DNA of 63,432 bases, filler included. It is 6 parts of 6 records of this genome, joined end to end, with 100 filler letters (N's around TTAATTAATTAA, not from the genome) between each part and the next. Parts side by side here need not be neighbours in the genome. Positions count along the whole stretch, not along the records: positions 55,670 to 63,432 come from SRR2962707_1898; 5 more parts are not named here. One strand, 5' to 3'. Below are positions 60,905-63,432 of this stretch, one piece after another. The translations under genes and the position numbers were made by a program. Every line of letters begins with the position of its first letter. Positions within the stretch are counted from its first letter, which is position 1. The notes under the pieces were generated by a model. The model saw nothing but the letters and a program-made list of their open reading frames with translations, searched no databases and was not told the origin of the DNA.

Positions 60905-62170
60905 TTACAATCTCTCTGTAACCAATTCTTTAGGTAAAAAACTTTTCACATCATAAATAACCGTTCGCGGACTAGATTTTAACTTTTCAAAATCCAATTC
61001 TAAAAACTGATTATGACCAACTGCCAAAACAATAGTTTCGTATCTCTCTGTTATTTCATCTATTAAATCTACTCCATAATACTTTTTCACTTCCTCTTTA
61101 TCTGCATATGGGTCGTAAGTATCTACATTCAAACCAAAGCCTTCTAATTCTTCAATAACATCTATCACTCTAGAATTTCTAACATCGGGGCAATTCTCTT
61201 TAAAGGTAATTCCCAACACCAACGCCTTTGCATTTTTTACTGGAAGCTGATCTTTCACCATCAGTTTAACGATTTTATTGGCAATAAAAATCCCCATATC
61301 GTTATTAATACGTCGTCCAGATAAAATTACCTGTGGATGGTATCCTAATCGTTCTGCTTTATGAGTTAGATAATATGGATCCACTCCTATACAATGCCCT
61401 CCTACCAAACCTGGACGGAAAGGTAAAAAATTCCATTTAGTGCCTGCCGCTTCCAATACCTCAACGGTATCTACTCCTATTCTATCAAAAATAAGTGCCA
61501 ATTCGTTCACTAAGGAAATATTAATATCTCGTTGCGTATTTTCAATAATCTTAGAAGCTTCTGCCACTTTTATACTCGATGCTTTATGAGTTCCTGCGGT
61601 AATTATACAGTTATAAAGTTTATCCACCTCTTCAGCTATCTCGGGAGTACTTCCTGAGGTTACTTTCATAATATTTGGAAGTCTTCGCTCTTTATCCCCT
61701 GGATTTATTCGTTCTGGGGAATATCCACAATAAAAATCTTCATTAAATACTAATCCGCTTGAAGCTTCTAATACTGGCACACAATCTTCCTCAGTACAGC
61801 CAGGGTATGTTGTAGATTCGTACACTACAATATCTCCTCTCTGAAGATATTTCCCTACAGTTGTACTAGCAGAAATTAATGGTGTTAAATCTGGCTGTTT
61901 AAAATCGTTTACTGGTGTTGGAACCGTTACTATATACATATTGCAATCTTTAAGATCGCTTTCATCAGAGCTAAAAATAAGTCCTTTAGCGTCTTTTAAA
62001 TCATCATCTAAAACCTCATCTGTAACATCTTTTCCTTCTTTTAATTCTGAAACTCTCTTTTTATTGATATCAAAACCTATTACCGAAAATTCTTTTCTAG
62101 CAAATTCAACTGCCAATGGTAACCCTACGTATCCTAAACCTATTACGGCTATTTTATATTTTTCTTTCAT
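60905..62170 (-). CDS. Nucleotide-sugar dehydrogenase (UDP-GlcNAc/GalNAc 6-dehydrogenase, TviB/WbpO-like)
   Basis: IAVIGLGYVGLPLA, YESTTYPG, SPERINPGD, GGHCIGVDPYYL, FKENCPDVRNS. Confidence 0.93.
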   Translation of the reverse strand: MKEKYKIAVIGLGYVGLPLAVEFARKEFSVIGFDINKKRVSELKEGKDVTDEVLDDDLKDAKGLIFSSDESDLKDCNMYIVTVPTPVNDFKQPDLTPLISASTTVGKYLQRGDIVVYESTTYPGCTEEDCVPVLEASSGLVFNEDFYCGYSPERINPGDKERRLPNIMKVTSGSTPEIAEEVDKLYNCIITAGTHKASSIKVAEASKIIENTQRDINISLVNELALIFDRIGVDTVEVLEAAGTKWNFLPFRPGLVGGHCIGVDPYYLTHKAERLGYHPQVILSGRRINNDMGIFIANKIVKLMVKDQLPVKNAKALVLGITFKENCPDVRNSRVIDVIEELEGFGLNVDTYDPYADKEEVKKYYGVDLIDEITERYETIVLAVGHNQFLELDFEKLKSSPRTVIYDVKSFLPKELVTERL

Positions 62171-62434
62171 GTGTATATTTATTGTTTTTTTGCGGTCACA
62201 TGGAACATCCAAAATAATCATTCCGTTGTGTGTTCAAAAATCATACATGGATGTTTCACCTTTATTTAATTTTATTATTTATCATTTAAAAATTGAGTTC
62301 CTATATCTTGCCCCCAATTTTTAACAACTCACAAAATAATATATCTTTTTATCATATACGAAGCGTTTGTAAAAATAGGCTTTCTTATTAAGAAACTTTA
62401 ACCTTCTCCATGAGAAACTCCTAATTGTAGCAAC

Positions 62435-62471
62435 AAAAAAAAAGAGGCTTTTGAAATAAATCAAAAGCCTC
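62435..62471 (-). terminator. Intrinsic terminator downstream of the toxin-antitoxin pair
   Basis: Perfect 11-bp stem GAGGCTTTTGA/TCAAAAGCCTC followed on the minus strand by U9. Confidence 0.85.
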
Positions 62472-62649
62472 ATAGCAGTTATATTTTTTTACTAAATAAA
62501 GCTATTCTGCATGGTGACCCAACTATGAATAGCTATGTGGTTAAGCGCATCACTTTGCAGATAAGCACAAAACTAAAAATTTACAAGGATTTCCAGAAGA
62601 AGGTATAGACAAGCAATTACTTATAGCTATTGTCAGGACATGCGTTTTT

Positions 62650-62953
62650 TTATATTTCTTTACTTAGTTTATTTGGGTCTCGCCTCGAGTCAAATATTGT
62701 AATAATATTAATCTGCTTTGAATTATAGCGATAATATAAAGTCGTTTGTTTTGTAATTACGCACTTCTTTAATCCTTTACCTTTTTTTGATTCTGGAAAT
62801 ATTTCAGGCTGTTTTTTTAATTACTTTTATTGATGAATCTAACTTCTTAACAAATTCGGTTTTAACCTTAACAGACCATTCTGTTATTAAATACTCTAAA
62901 AGTTTATCTAATTTCTTCTCGGCAGTTTTTGAAACAACAACTTTCCTGCTCAA
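62650..62953 (-). pseudogene. RelE/ParE-family toxin with a +1 frameshift in an A7 run
   Basis: TTG start 1 nt after the antitoxin stop. SKTAEKKLDKLLEYLITEWS continues, after removing one A at 62812-62818, as QPEIFPES...CVITKQTTLYYR...ITIFDSRRDP. The span is 304 nt (3n+1). Confidence 0.82.
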
Positions 62954-62954
62954 T

Positions 62955-63176
62955 TTATCTATGTTTCTGTATAAAAGTATCGTAATCCGTTACTTCTTCA
63001 TTTTCTATTTCAAGAGAAGCTTCTTCTATTTCTTTACGTTGCTCAATAGATAAATCATCCCAGAAGTCGGATGCTTCTTCTTTTTTAAATATTTTTTTAA
63101 TGGATTCAATTATTTTTGGATTTTCGGTGTCCAATAGCATTTTAACCAGCTCTATTTTCTCTGCTTGAATATTCAT
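62955..63176 (-). CDS. Putative antitoxin (addiction-module component)
   Basis: 73-aa acidic protein with KIELVKMLL and DFWDDLS..QRKEIE, directly upstream of the RelE/ParE gene. Confidence 0.78.
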   Translation of the reverse strand: MNIQAEKIELVKMLLDTENPKIIESIKKIFKKEEASDFWDDLSIEQRKEIEEASLEIENEEVTDYDTFIQKHR

Positions 63177-63432
63177 TGCATCTCATCTTATATTCAAAAA
63201 TAATGATTTTAAGCTAAATTTATGTTGGGATAATAGATTTTTAAATGAAATCTAACTATAAATTAATAGTAGACTGAAAGCTTGTTTGCCATAAATTCTA
63301 CAATATAACTTTTATTCACTACCTATATATACTAACAACCCCTCCAAGAGAGGGGATAGTATAAACCTATGAATTTGTGACTGAAATTTATAGAAACTAA
63401 TCGTAAACTACCTCGGAGCAAGCTCACGAGGC

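Overview
This window is not one replicon. It is six unrelated contigs joined by five artificial 100-nt spacers (N44-TTAATTAATTAA-N44), consistent with a marine metagenome or mixed assembly. (1) 1-18730, GC-rich alphaproteobacterium: tRNA-Ser 3' end, ilvA, a GntR-led catabolic operon (TAXI-TRAP transporter, class V aminotransferase, LeuC/LeuD-like hydro-lyase, RraA-type aldolase), a divergent crotonase, a four-domain fused ABC transporter, a divergent ComA homolog and sarcosine-oxidase alpha/gamma genes. (2) 18831-26430, Rhodobacteraceae-like: parAB, a 22-bp iteron origin and a Rep_3 initiator, followed directly by tRNA-Arg(TCT) and a Pho-boxed phoD. (3) 26531-34876, a eukaryote (protist-like) with two convergent spliced genes: a secreted EF-hand/ankyrin/JmjC protein and a WW/beta-helix protein. 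(4) 34977-46994, Rhodobacteraceae-like: xylA, an FNR-boxed phasin, a PhnR-like regulator/peptide-family ABC transporter/metallophosphoesterase cassette between IS remnants, and LysR plus a ureohydrolase. (5) 47095-55569: ordinary ybgC-tolQRAB-pal-cpoB-tilS-ftsH locus. (6) 55670-63432, AT-rich Flavobacteriaceae-like: DUF349 gene, surface-polysaccharide genes and a frameshifted RelE/ParE toxin-antitoxin pair. The strongest candidate for an undescribed system is a four-helix-bundle (IVP/Avd-like) gene between rfbB and rfbA, bracketed by oriented octamer-repeat arrays that could form mutually exclusive RNA helices. All calls rest on motif recognition by eye; no searches were run.
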